The notes under the pieces are model-generated. The model was given only the letters and a program-made list of their open reading frames with translations. It did no database searches and was not told the DNA's origin. The position numbers and the translations under genes were made by a program. DNA of 64,000 nucleotides, from assembly GCA_002633005.1 (NCBI GenBank), contig NMRA01000052.1, positions 795,235-859,234 of the forward strand, written 5' to 3'. The DNA is from Phoronis australis (Eukaryota; Animalia; Phoronida). How positions within the stretch are numbered: the stretch's first letter is position 1; every line of letters begins with the position of its first letter. This document shows, piece by piece, positions 26,568 through 39,899 of the stretch.

Positions 26568-29500
26568 TCATTTCTTCTTGAAGAAACTCATAAGAGAACT
26601 TTGCTTGGTGTTTGACTTGGTACCTGGTTTTGTTTTCTTTTCTTGAATTACAGGCTTTGTGACCTATAAACAAAGAGTCGGAATGAATTGCACAAGAACA
26701 TTGAATGAGGCGCTACATTTCATTTCCCAACAGGCAACACTGAATGCTTCTAATGAGCTCCAATTTATAAGGCCATTATCACAGCTCCACAAGTTTTATG
26801 ATGGGCTTCTTTTGTCAGCGGACTAGTACAGTTAAACAAACAATATGTAGAAAATACAACAGACTGCCTGTGTAAAACATCACAGCACGGTATGACCAGG
26901 TGTGCTGTCAATAACCAGTAACTTGCGAACATGATAGTGTAACGCAACACTAAGTCAATTGAAGTCTTACTACAGGCATTCCACTCCCATTGTATTTTTT
27001 GTAATTTTTTTCTAGGACACAATTGTTGTTTTCCCAGAAGTTGCTCCAGGAAAAAGTAGATTAACTTGTAATAATTCTTGCACATTTAAATTCATGTGAA
27101 ATTAAGAGTGAACTTGTTTGCATGTCTGCACAGTAATACAGTGGAGTCCGCTTAATGTCGTACTCTCTGTTTCGATGTAAATTACAAAAATAAGCGGGAC
27201 ATTCCATCACGCAGTTTTCCACTTGGGGGTGACTGCCCAGTCCTAAAGTTAGTCACGCGAACTGAAGAGCCTCGGAGTAAGTCAGGTAACCAGGAAATGA
27301 CTGATATTTACTCCCGATGTCGCGATTTGATAAGGCAAATGAAGTATGCACACCCTGGTGTTAGGGAAATTCCATATACCCAGATAGAAAAGGTTCATTT
27401 TTAGACAGAAAAGCAAAGGAGCACATGCTAAAACGCAGGTGAGAATCACTTTAGCTGATTTTTAATGACAGTATCCGGGGAATATGATAATAAATCATTA
27501 TGATATGCAGGGTATTTTACATGGATTTAATGGAAAACGATTAGTTTTAAATTGACATTTCATGACAATAACTGGGATATCCTATTATCCAGTATGACAA
27601 GTAAGCGGGCTTCACTGTTCTCTTTATCCCACATCATCACTATCAAATCACAAATAACCACTGTGTAATAACCCAGAGCTATCAAAACACAATTAACAAT
27701 GACAAATGTTACAGTCATGGTATGCTTGCAGAGTTTTTGAAAAAGCATCACTCACATGAAGTCAAGTCAAGTATAGTTAATTTTAAACGATTCACTTTCA
27801 ATGTGTATCTGCGTTGATACACGACCACTGAATGAATGAAAACAAACATGGACTGGCCCCTTGGGTGCATCAGATCGCATGGACCTCGAGAGAGTAATCT
27901 TGTCCTTAACCTTTGGCTACCACTGCTCTCCATTTGGTCCATACGATCTGATACTACCATTGAGATCGGTCCATATTTGAGTATTATCACATATTTTCAG
28001 CTGTTGTAGCCCTAGTCTCATATCCAGTGGTATTTGGATGACTTGCAATTCTTCCGATTCTCACTCGCAGTCTAGAAAAAGGAATTATCGGCCGAGAGAG
28101 CGAAGACCTACAGCTCTCCTCCAATGAACAAGTTGCCACTCACCGCTGGTTTGACAGGTTCTTCCACCTCAGATGCCGATTCACTCTCCCAAACTTTCTC
28201 AGTCACTGGAAATTGACATAAACAGTGTTAGCAGTACACAATAGATGGCGCTGGGTGTCAGCAATCTGATTAGCATTGGTAAGGAAATTGCCACTGGGGA
28301 AATTACTATATACGTTACACAGGAACTCATTTCTAACAATTTTAAGTTTCTAGAAACCAGTCTTCCATCACAATAACAGCGTTTGATTTAAACCATTTGC
28401 TGTTAAAATCGGTCTCACTCACACTGTTCCTTAGTCAAATTGCAGGTATTGCAGGTAATTTCAAGGCTTCGCGGCAGTTCCAAGAGCAACTTGTGCTAGG
28501 TTAAGTGCCCATCAGAACACAGTAATTTACTGTTACAATCATTGGAGTCTAATCAACCTTAAGGTTGTGTAGGTCCTTGTTGACAAATCTGTGTATCACG
28601 TCAAATGTCTACAAAACTGCAGATTTTAAGTCCGTAAAAGTAGAGAGCCGGTAGAATTTTATTTTTTTACCTTTTACCAATCTGCCTTTAATTGGATTAC
28701 GTGACCCTGTTTTGCTAGTAAACTTTTGCAAGAGGTACACTGTAACAGCTGAAGATGAATGGAGGAATGACAGACCAAAACATTGTGCCAATGTAAATAG
28801 GAAGAGGTGGGAGTAAACTGGCCAAAAAATCAGAAAAGATGTCATCACTGCTTGTTCTACCCACCCATATAACCATCATCGTCCATGTAAGTTTTGTCCA
28901 CCTTCCGGCGCCGACGGACCCTGTGCGTTGACTTCTTTTCACCTTTGCCAGCTGGTTCATTACTCTGTTTGACAGGGGGCGTTGGAGGAATGGGCTCTTC
29001 ATCTTCAGATGGCTGGGGGCTCGGTTCGGGACTGGGCACAGCAGGAGGCGGCGGCTCTTCCATAGGTGTCTCTGAGAGGAAGAAAAACATCACAGCTTTA
29101 TACCAGTGCAATACTTCAAATACTCGGGCACCTATTTATTGATTTTGCCCAGGCTCCACGGTGGTTTCCATGTCTGCGAGACGAAGCGTAGGTCTCATGA
29201 AAGTGGTGGTATGCTTCCACTTCACAATTTCTAAAAAAATATTTAGCCAAATAATTTGAGTGCACACACTCTACAAATAATTTATCAAAATTATTTTAAT
29301 AACTAGCAATTGTGTGAATATTCTCAGAGGCGTAGCACTTCTGCTATTAAGTGAAATTTAGTTATTTTTCTGAAATAGTTGTGTGGAGCGTAAGGCCACA
29401 TTTCTGACTCAAGTCTTCAGTCACTTTTCATGAGGCAGACCCCAACGCTTAACAATGACAGAAAAAAAACAAAGAATCACACCGGTTTCGAGACGTATCC

Positions 29501-32500
29501 CAAGATTCTTGGGACTTCTTGTATAATGAAAGCGTACGGACTTACTATGGAGAATCATATCAGTCATTTTGAAAATCTGAAAAGTTTTTAAGTAATGACT
29601 CACCCTCTTCGCTACTGCTGCTTTCCCACATCTCTTGTTGGATACGGCGGCGTTTCTTGTTTGATGACGCCTGCACATTTTCCTCTGAAACCATGAGCAA
29701 ACTTTGAGAAACTAAAGACAGACAATGCCAAAGATGCACTCCAATCCCCAAATACCATCACGGAGATAATATACTTTTGTCCAAACTTTACGGCCAAATT
29801 ATACATGGACTTTTGTGGCGCTGCACGTTTACACACAAAACGTCCCATTGCCATCTAACGGCACACCAAATTAGAGCACGTAGTTTAAAAGAACGAGGCG
29901 AACTGACGCAAAGAAGCTGACGCTTGTTTATTTGAACTGGCAAATGGTTGGTTTCAAGACTTCTACAGATACCTTCTTCATCCGACTGGGATTTCTTATT
30001 CTTCTTACTGTTGCTGAAAGACAAAGATTTTATTAGAAACACACCATTAACCACTCAACAATTGCCAGCAAAACTGTACAAATCAAGACAAAAACATAAC
30101 ATGCTAAAGCTTCCTTAGAGAAGACAAAAACAAATAAAAAAATACCCAGCAGCATGACCAAAATTGGAAAAACCAGACTTACTTGATAGGTTGTTTTTTC
30201 TTGTCTGGAGATGACTTCTTTGTATCTGTTTGCTTTGTGCTTGTATCTTCTTTAGATGCCGGAGGTTTACCTTAAAGACATTCACCAAAAATGTTTTGAA
30301 TGATTTATAACTAAGTTTTCAAACACATTAATTGATTAAGAATATAGAGAATCCTAGAAAAACATCTAAATTACGCTAACTGCGAAACATAACACCTCAG
30401 AAATGGAACATAAAATTCCAGTCAGCAATTGTTTTTACAATGATCCAATTTTGCAAGAGGGACTATCAAAAATAGAACTTCTTATGATTTTTATGACAAA
30501 AATCAAAACTCACATGAAGAGAGAACAAAATGATAGCTAAGGAAACTGAAACAGTACTTTTTTATCAATTGAAATGTGGTTGTGTTATTCAGAATACTAG
30601 ACACTTATTTTCGGTTGTCTTAGTGTAATTCCGCGGTGGTTCCTCTCTGATGCAAATTTCATTAAAGACGATTCGACACTGATTGTTAGATAATTTCTCA
30701 TCTCTGTACAAAAGTAGACAGAAAATGTGGAAAATAATTTTGAGTACAGAGATTAGACTGGCCACTCCATCTATTGTTTGGTCATGGAAACACCCTATTT
30801 CCATCTCCATTGCTTCAAGTGCATAAACAGAATGTGCCTGTCATGCCAACCCAGTCTTAAGCAATAACAAAATAACACTTCTTTCCTAACCAAGAAAACA
30901 CTTCTAATCTGAATAATGAACAAATCGGGACTATTTTCTAACCACAGATAAGTCTAAATCCAAAGATAACTTTGAAAAAGAAGACAGGTGCATAGCAGCT
31001 TGGAGTGTAAATTCGGTAAAATCACACCAATTTAGGACACAACATGGACGAGTAAAATTTTATTTTCCATTTTTCCTTAAAAGCATAAAATTCATCGAAT
31101 AAATAGTTCACCACTTCTACATTTTATGACATAGCTACCATCAAGCAATGTTTCGAGAAATTTTTGGACATTCACATCAATTTCAGACGTTTTTGAAAAA
31201 TGTTGAATTGGCTAGTTTGGTTTTTATTTTTGTCCGAAATTTGTGAGATTATACCCTCCACTATCAGATGTTTGTACACTCATTAACATACCCGACTGCT
31301 TCTGAAAAAATGACATCACGCTGTTCTTCTGAGACTTGTTGCTCTTCAACTGCAAACAAAAGGCTGGATTAAATGAATGGTTAAAATGTCCGGTTTAGCA
31401 GGTGACTTTACGTAAATGAGCAACGGTTTTACGATTTTTGAAAGCATTTGAAAGTTGTAAAAAGAGCAGATGTACTTAAATTTCTCTGGGTGAAAACAGG
31501 ATGGCATCTTTGTCTAGTTGATATAAACATTTACTAGTCTCCGTTCCTCTAAAACAAGAGTCTGAGTTTACAATAAAAAGTAATTACTGTTCATCTTAAA
31601 GAATAACAGCCATTTTGGTTGAATAACAAATGGCACATTTCAGGCAATACCTGACTTATGCTGGAATATGCTTAAGCTGGTTTTATATAATGTAAAGTAG
31701 AACAAATATCTAAACCCATGTTTTACTGTTACTCCAACGAACCTCAATGTCACATCACACATAAATTGTCCTTAAGGTTAATGTGAGATTGCCAACAAGG
31801 ATGTTGGTAAAGGCAACAGTAACCCTTGTGGTAATATTTTCAGATTTTTGAAGGACTAAAGTTACCTTTTCTGGCCAGTTTGGTATATTTTGAACCTTTA
31901 ATCAGTACACTTCTATAAGAATGGAATTAAAACAGCAATTCTGCAAACTAGAAGAGGTGATGCAGTAAGCAAGAACCAAACAGTCATCTTGTCCAACTAA
32001 GTTGTATTTCCTCCCAGTTCCGTTCCAGTAATTGTGCTCACTGGCCTAGACGTCCATCAATTTTGAAATCCTCATTACAAAACGGTCAGTGGCCTAGACG
32101 TCCATCAATTTTGAAATCCTCATTACAAAACGGTTTGCCAAAAACAGGCATTAAAACTAATGCAACATTAACCATTAGGTGATGAAACGCTCAGTGTTTG
32201 CATTTTGCTATTTGCACTCAACATCACTTACAGTTTTGAAGACTGTAAATATCATTCTTTTAAATCGACTAAAAAATTCAAAACATATTTCAGAGTAGGT
32301 AAAATATACTGAATTGACTAAAAACGCCCAAAAAGGTAACATTCCGCATCAGTTACGGATACCGTCGTACCTGAGTGCTGCTATTATCTGGCTTTGTGTT
32401 GCTGTTTTCGACATTCTTGGTTTCTGCGGATTCCTTTTTCACCGGTGCCTTTGCGAACATGCCTGCGATTCCTATTGGCTTCTTAGACTTTTTTGAGCTG

Positions 32501-35500
32501 CTGTCAGCCTCAACTGTTTTGATTTCTTGTTGTGCCTGAAATAAACAACTACTTTCAGCACAGAAGTGAAAGTGTGGCAACACCTCACCAACTGAGGACA
32601 GAGCATGGTGGAAAAGGGAAATTTTTGTTCTCGTTTTTGCTTAAAAGTTAAACAATTTCCTCAAATAAATGGTTAGACATAACATAGCACTTCATTTAAT
32701 TCATAACAATTTTAGAAAAAATGTAGAAGAGGCAAATTTGGTAAATATTTTCGTTCGAAATTAGTGCGATATTACCGTATGTATCTTCATGGTTCACACA
32801 GTGTGACGTATTTTAATTATCACGGTGATCTTCAATGAAACGTTTGTTCTAACTGCCCAACAAGGATCGTAGAGAAATCTGCCGAAGTAATGACAAACTG
32901 TTGAAGTAAGAAATGGCAAAATGTAAGATGGTCAGCAACACTTGTATCAAGTGTGTATGGCCAGTGGCACTGATGATGTCCACACGACAACATGTCAACA
33001 TAGATACGCCAGCACTCCTTGTGGTAAAACTCCAACCATTGTTTAAACTGCGCGTCGTTTTCCATTCCTCGTACAGAAACAATAATATTATTTACACTTT
33101 CTGAGACAATTTTTCAGCAAAGAAAATGTAAGTACCAGGCCATGATTATTTGAAAAGTATTTGTATTTCCAACAAAAAAGCAGAGGTCAGGCCTTTCAGA
33201 CTTAGCTAAGGTTTTCCAAACTCAGCTCAACTCCATGTTAGAATACATGTAAGAACGATGCTGGGCACACGTACTTCGTTCACAGGTTGAACTGTCCTCT
33301 CAGCATCACTTCGTATTTTTATGTGGTCATTCTTGATGGAGCTGAAACTGTCAACAAATCACAATGTTTTTAATGAAGCACAGGGTGAAATCAATAGCAG
33401 TAATCATTCGGGTAAACGCCCAGCAATATAGATTGGTGCAAAATTTGTTATTTAAAAATTGAGAAATTCAACTCAGCCTGTGGGCGTTAAGTCGAGTACA
33501 ATACAGCGCGGATAATCAAAAATGAAACAGATGAAAATTCCACGGGCGAGTGGAAATGGATACAGTACACATACCAAAGGTGCATTTCGCCCTATTTAGC
33601 GGACTAAAACCGAAGATCAAATTACGTCTTTCACTCCTCTCATAAAATCTGTTCAATTCCTAACCACGACGGGATTCCACTTCCGGTACCAACTCTAGTA
33701 CTGTAACAGTGCACAATGAGCACATGCCCCATTTTCCAGTTTGCAATTTTAAGGCCGGCAACTCCTGACAGCAATATGCACCCACGTGTTTATATGTTGG
33801 CGCATGAAGTGTCGGGTTAAAACTGGATTACCAAATAGTTAACCTCACCTCGATGTTGCAGCCAGAACCACCTTATTGGTCGTGTAATCAGCAGTGTACA
33901 GAGCATTGCTGTCCTGAAAATGTTAACAGTGAGAGACTAGAGTGGAATCACCAAAAAGTCTCGTCTATATGTCTGCATGATTAAACTACTCAGTTCTTAT
34001 ACCACATCCAAGGGTTTCAAAAAATTTGCCTATTTTTAAGGTAAACCCTTGGATGCTGTACAAGAACTGGGTAGATTAATTACAAGGGAACGACATACCA
34101 ATTCTGAGGGCCTTTTCGGTTGACAACCTGCACAAACTATGTACAATCACCATGGAAACAGTAAACAACGTGGAAAACCTCCAAGATAACCAATAATTTG
34201 TATTTTTGTGAAGCTAACATAAAACAGGTTGATTTTACTTTAAAATGGTGTACGGTAACAAACTGCAAAAAGTAAGATGCCACCAGTGGAGGGATACCTG
34301 TTATTAGAAAAGAATCGAATAAAAAGATTCAAAATGCATTTTAGAGAAAGATAATTATTAATTTTGGAAATAGGTAGTAGAAGTTTGTTGGTTTGTTAGC
34401 TCAAGGCATAAGGCAGCAATCCTTAGTCGCTAGAGAAATGGCAATGTCAAGAGGATGTTACCTTCAGCTTGGCTTTTTGCACACTGTACACATGGCAACT
34501 TGTAACTGGAGACAGAGAAGACTTTGTCACTTCAAGATTCTCTTCATTAACGACGAAGAACTGATGACTCTGAAACCAAGAGGGCGGATCAAATGCATTG
34601 CTTCTACTGCGACAGTGTGATCTTCAAACCTTGTGAGTCAAATTAGAAATCACCCTGGTAGGAATTTAAGAAGAGCAACGCGGAGCGTTGAAATGCGCCC
34701 ACAAATGCATCGCTAACAGTGTGCTGCTGGGGGTGTATATTTGTATCATAAAAATGGCCACTAGATAGCCCAAAATACATTGAATCCATCCGAAAACGGG
34801 AACATGCCTTCGCTTCTTTAATAGAAAGCTACTTGTATACCAAATTTCATAAAAGGCTGCTAAGGAACTTATTTAATAAGAGAAGCAAAAGAAAACAGAT
34901 AGAGGGGGACTTGAAAACAGCAACAACCGCCATCAGGTGGCGCAAAATACCTCGACACCATACCAAAATGGGAGGATAGCGTCATCTCACCAACAGATGC
35001 CTATGTTCCCAATTTTATGAAAATCCGTTGAGGACCTTTGAAGATATAGCGGTAAACATAAAAAATAAAATTGCCATTATGGGGCACAGCGGTGAAAAGA
35101 TCTGTCACAAATTCGGCATTGTCCGTTATCAAATTCATATAAGTACACTTCATCGTCTTGCTATATTTAGTAACGATCAGGCATAGTGTTAAGGAGATAC
35201 AGCCATGCCTTGGTGCGAAAAAAAAACAATTGTCACTAGGAGGCATTGCCAAGATGAAGCAATAAGTTACTCATATCGGTAATACAAATCAAAAAACGTT
35301 CAATTATACCTTTGCTCCGTTAACGTTCTTCACACCAGCAACTAAATAGGTCACATTCAATTCTTTATCTTTCGTGTTTCTTTGGTGATCAGCAAACGCG
35401 AAGAGCATGCTAGCGAAAATCGAAAGAGGATTGTAAAATAAATTTTACTTCGGAAATTTTACAGATATAAGTGCTATTTAGGTAATATCACTATTATCAT

Positions 35501-37518
35501 GGGACATCCCATTTCAAACAATGTGTATCAAACAACGAGTGTCAAATCTTGATTTATTTTTGTGAGTCAAAATTAATGAGTCGTGAATTTTGTTTTCAAC
35601 ATGATCATAATGTGCCTAATAAGTGTTCATATTTGCCAAAACAAATTACTGTAATTTTTATCTTACGTTGAATTTGACTATTTTTGACCCACTCAATACA
35701 ACTTCAAGAAATTGACACTTCCTTTTCCTATAACACAACTAAAGAGAATACCACTGGCAAACCTATACCCATTCAAGGACTTAAAGTTATGAACGACCTT
35801 CTCAACACGTCTGTATATTTATCCAAATGTGTACAAAATCATAGATTTTAACTTGAAGCAAAAGTACATTTTCTCAAAGTACAAAGCCTCCAAAATTGAT
35901 TCTCCACTTTTCACTAATCTGCCATTAATTGGATCACGTGACCAAACATAAGGTCCAGAGCAAGTAACCGTCCTCGCTATGTGCAGCAATTGCATAACAA
36001 AACTTGAAAAATATCGACAGTACTTACCGCTTGGCTTCATTCACGTGAACAGAAAGAGTTTTGCTCAGCCATTTGTAAGAAACCTGAGATAAAAACAGAG
36101 CCATTCAGCTAAATTCATCATTGATTTTATTCTCGTTGCTAAAGTCCACATTCAAATGTTCAACATGACTCGACACAGACTGGTACAAAGGCAGTATGAT
36201 CACCTCAACAACTGTGATGCACAGAGGCAATGGCCCTGTCAACTTATGCTCAACTGAAATGCTTTGTGATTGACAAATTAAAATATATTACACAACATCA
36301 GAAAACAGTTACTTGTGAGTTATAGATTAGTCACAAGTATGCGCCAAAACAATAACTTGCCTGTCAGTGTTTTGGCATAAGTAACATGGATGGTGCAGTA
36401 CTGGAAAAAGTGGGGGGCTATAGCACCCCAGCCCCCCTGCGGTGCACCGCCCATAGACCATGGGTGGTGCAGCACTGAACTAACTGGGGGAGGCTATAGC
36501 CCCCAGCCCCCTATGGTGGATCATCCATGAGTATCACTCAACTGTCCAACTTAAGTTGTGACAATGCCACCAGGAAACATGGCTGACAAGACATTTTTAG
36601 GATCTGGCAAAGTAATTCTTGTAGGATATAAAATTGGATTCAACTCAAACATAAATGTAAAGGATCAAATAACATCAAAAAGGTCAACTTTAAATGACAA
36701 GTTTGATTTTGACGGGTTTCCTGATTTTCAGTTTGATTGGATTCAAAAGTTTTCTCTTACTCACAGAGATAACCTGCAGTTGGCAAGTTACACGGGAGCA
36801 TTATCAACGGATCGTTTACAGTGCTCCCCAGTAGCAGAGAACATCAGTGAGTGCTCTAAAACATGTGGTACTAAAAACACAATCCTGGACACTACTGCAG
36901 TGCTTTTCAAAATAAAATGGACAACAAAGAAAGTCTTTCGTGGACTTCAAAATAGCATGCTTATGACACGCGCACGAACTACTTTTTACGGCATCTTTTA
37001 GGAAACGATGGCAACTTCGCAGCAGCAACATTTTTTCAGAAATTCGGTTTGCTGGTATTAAACTAAAAACTCGTAATGAAATGAAAAACCAATACTAGTA
37101 ATGTGTTGTTGCAAAAATACACACACAACCTTGTAGAAGAACAGTTGATTTAATTAGAAAAGTTGAAAAAAAAGAAATTGACCATGGCAGCCTTCTGATT
37201 AGCAGCTAGGTTAGTACACAGGCACTTGTCAGCTGTTATGTACTAACATATATTTACTATACTATGGTGATTAAATGTGCCTGTGACTGAGAGTGATAAG
37301 TACTAGTACTGTAGCCAGTGTAGGCCTATACTCCTATAGCTATCTAACTTATTAGTGAGCAGTATAAGACTTAAGTAACTTGGCTACGAAGCTGTGGAGG
37401 ATTCCATCAAAACTGCAGACATAAGAGTGAACCTACGCAGCCTACACATACTTACAACTTTGTTTTCATCAAAAACATACTCCTCTAAGTTTTCTAAGTA
37501 CATTTGATCAACAGTCAT
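26568..37518 (-). CDS. POLD3: DNA polymerase delta subunit 3 (p66/Cdc27/Pol32), 14 coding exons, ~420 aa
   Basis: GT-AG exons with consistent phases: 37518-37456, 36083-36028, 35409-35310, 34569-34462, 33913-33849, 33347-33275, 32535-32371, 31349-31292, 30270-30183, 30013-29973, 29684-29604, 29071-28865, 28205-28144, 26663-26568 (1263 nt). N-terminus YLENLEEYVFDENKVVSYKWLSKTLSVHVNEAKRMLF, then HVYSVQK, the polymerase-interaction-type motif KTYMDDDGYMVTEKVWESES, and C-terminal PIP box KQSSLMSFFKKK*. Minus-strand AATAAA at 26505-26500 and 26277-26272. Confidence 0.96.
27139..27617. mobile_element. Tigger/pogo-type MITE in the last POLD3 intron
   Basis: ta|cagtggagtccgctta ... taagcgggcttcactg inverted termini. 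Confidence 0.7.
32039..32134. repeat. 48-bp tandem duplication
   Basis: tggcctagacgtccatcaattttgaaatcctcattacaaaacggt occurs twice, identical. Confidence 0.9.
34669..35250 (-). mobile_element. Truncated Helentron-associated non-autonomous element (HINE/DINE-1-like), POLD3 intron 3
   Basis: Reverse-complement match to the right end of 43357-44161 (aagagcaacgcggagcgttgaaatgcgcc...tttgtatcataaaaatggccactagat). Confidence 0.75.
36385..36529 (+). mobile_element. Tandem dimer of the ~70-bp MITE, POLD3 intron 1
   Basis: Same two-unit layout and atagacc junction as 14709-14857. Confidence 0.8.
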
Positions 37519-37870
37519 CTTTCCCAATTCCAGGCATTGGACAGGCACTAAAAATCTAGTATGAATGATATTTCCCGCGGAATAAATTGACATTCGTGAT
37601 CTTGCGAGATGTTATTTATTCGAGGTTTAACAATTTGTCGTTTTCCCCGAAACACTAATTTTAATTATAAAGATGACACTCGGAACATTCATTATATATT
37701 CCATAGATATACCGCGGAGTTTATTAATAACACTTGGCATCCACAAATGCAAAGCATGAAAGCTTTTGGTAGGCGTTTGGTCTGAAGCCGAGAAATCCTA
37801 ACGGCGAGATTTGGAAGTAAACAAAATGACAGACGAAACATAGTCATTAGTTTTTGAGAAGTTGGTATGT
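37519..37870. promoter_or_regulatory. Putative bidirectional POLD3/LCMT1 promoter and LCMT1 non-coding first exon
   Basis: POLD3 ATG at 37518 points left. E2F-like TTTCCCGC at 37571-37578, TCTCGCGAGA-like TCTTGCGAGA at 37600-37609, GGAAGT near 37813, and plus-strand donor TTG|gtatgt at 37864/37865. The LCMT1 ATG exon has its own upstream acceptor. Confidence 0.55.
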
Positions 37871-38240
37871 ATATCTAATCAGCTTTTGAGCTGAGAAGTT
37901 GACTTTTGTGTCTAACATTAAAGCAGTTGGTCTTTGGTTATTCAGTGAGAAGTATAGAGATTGATGTCATCATACATAGTCGATTATATAATGAAAAATC
38001 ACCGTAGTTCCCGGGGATTTTTCTGAACTTAGCCAGAGCTAGCTGTATGAAGACTGTCGTCAAAATACAGCTAGGTACCACTGTGTGTATTTCTTCCGTA
38101 GACCCCGGAATTGCACACAGCCAGGGTATTTCTGCTCATCACCTCGCCGTGAAACTTGTATCAACATGTAAAGCTAAAGACCGGACGGGGTGCATGCAAA
38201 ATCTGGGAATCGACATCTCTCAGGAGATGGTGATAGCTTA

Positions 38241-38640
38241 GCAGCAGCAAAATTTCTAAGGCTTCTGAAATTCGTTTTTTTGGTATCAAAATTCTAAAAA
38301 CTTACAATGAAGTGAAACCAGTTCGGAAAATTTGTTGTGACATGTATGCAACCTCGTGAAAGAACAACTTACAGTTGATTGAAGAATCGGCGAAAAAAGA
38401 AAATGGCCAATAGGTGACGCAATATTTCTTGTTGCCGAAAGCAGCTGCTAAATATGGCTCCACAACTTTAGCAGCAGAATAGCGGTAGAACGCCAGTTTT
38501 TCCAACACCGTTGAATTATGTAGTTTACTCAAGGAAGACTAGTTTTTAATGACTAATTTTGTGTCAGATTTTATCTTACCACTTTTTTACCCACATTGGT
38601 GCAAAGCTGTATATTTATATACAGCTTTGTACCAAGGCTA
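38241..38640 (+). repeat. Interspersed repeat ending in a hairpin, copy A
   Basis: Colinear with 50160-50582; partial copy at ~37010-37090. Ends caaagctgtata-ttta-tatacagctttg-taccaaggcta. Confidence 0.85.
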
Positions 38641-39899
38641 TTCTGAACTGCGACTTGGCTTGCGCATTGTGTTAACGCATGAAAATGAAAAATAAAAAGG
38701 CTCAAGTACATCCCAACACTCTTTCAAAAATGCGAGACTCTTGGGTAAAACATGACTGTTATTGTTTTGATTGCCCTTGGGGTTTCAGTTTCATGACATG
38801 TGATGTGTTGCCCAATAATACTGAGTCTGAGCCCAATTATTAAGTCAACTGTGCTGAGCACAACTTTTTGAAAAAAGGCACTCTTTTTATCACCAGGTAT
38901 GCCCACGGCACAGGGCACAGGTTCAAACCTGGTCAGGAATATCCCTGAGTTCTAAGTATTGAACCCTGCAAATTCACCACAATTATGTGTGATGTCGCGG
39001 GGTATGATTCCAGAATCCAGGATCCTCAACTAATGACTTATCAACTTTTCATCGGTCTGAAAATCTCTAAAAAGCATCTGAAATTCTGCTCACTATCATA
39101 GAGGCACAAAAAATTCTCTTCAACTATGAAAATCCTCTTAAGGTTATGGAATCATTTCTGCAAACAAAGGTTAGTTCTATATGGACTATAGGTGAACATT
39201 GCCAATGAGGAGCGGCAACTCTGGGCAGCTAGTTGTTTGTCCAGTACACCTAAACTCTGCTCTTCATTGGTAATGTTGGTAATCCTTATGTGTAACTTTC
39301 CAATCGATTTAGTTATTGCAGGGAGCTGGTGATAGCTTTATAAAATGAAAATATGCTGTGCGTGAACAGAAGAATCTTGCTAAATCTTAAGATGGCCTAT
39401 GCTTGAACTTGGAGTACACAAGTAAACTTGACAAATTCACTCAAATAATCACGTTCAAATTATCAGATAAAAATTTACGCTGCACTGAATCAAATCACAT
39501 GTTAATAAAAAAACGTAAGTTTTAACTAAATCTTGTTTTCAGCTATTGGCAATCGCATTCACAAAATAATAATTGATTTAACCATTCACATTTTCCTCCA
39601 ATTCTTTGACACAAGTTAGGCTAATGGAGAAAATGGGTGATCATGAGGCCAAAAATTCTTTACACTAAACAAAAAAATCATGTGATTGCCCAAATATAAA
39701 TTCATTTTCAAGTTCACGCATACACGATCTTGAGATTAAGCAGGATTCCAAGTTCACGCACAACAAATACACTGAAAACCAGAAAGCTCAACAAGTTCAA
39801 TCTTATAATATTTAAAAGTTCAATAAACTTTGTAATTTTTTGATGTTTTTGGAATTAAGACTAACACTAACACTGCTTATTTGATAGTACTTGGTTCAG

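Noticed and set aside
32832-33082. ORFs and a good acceptor within POLD3 intron 6 (possible extra exon)
   Set aside because: Flanking exons already join in phase; the segment reaches a stop, and no POLD3 similarity or clear donor was found.
36558-37001. 147-aa ORF antisense in POLD3 intron 1
   Set aside because: No recognisable domain; its end overlaps an interspersed repeat.
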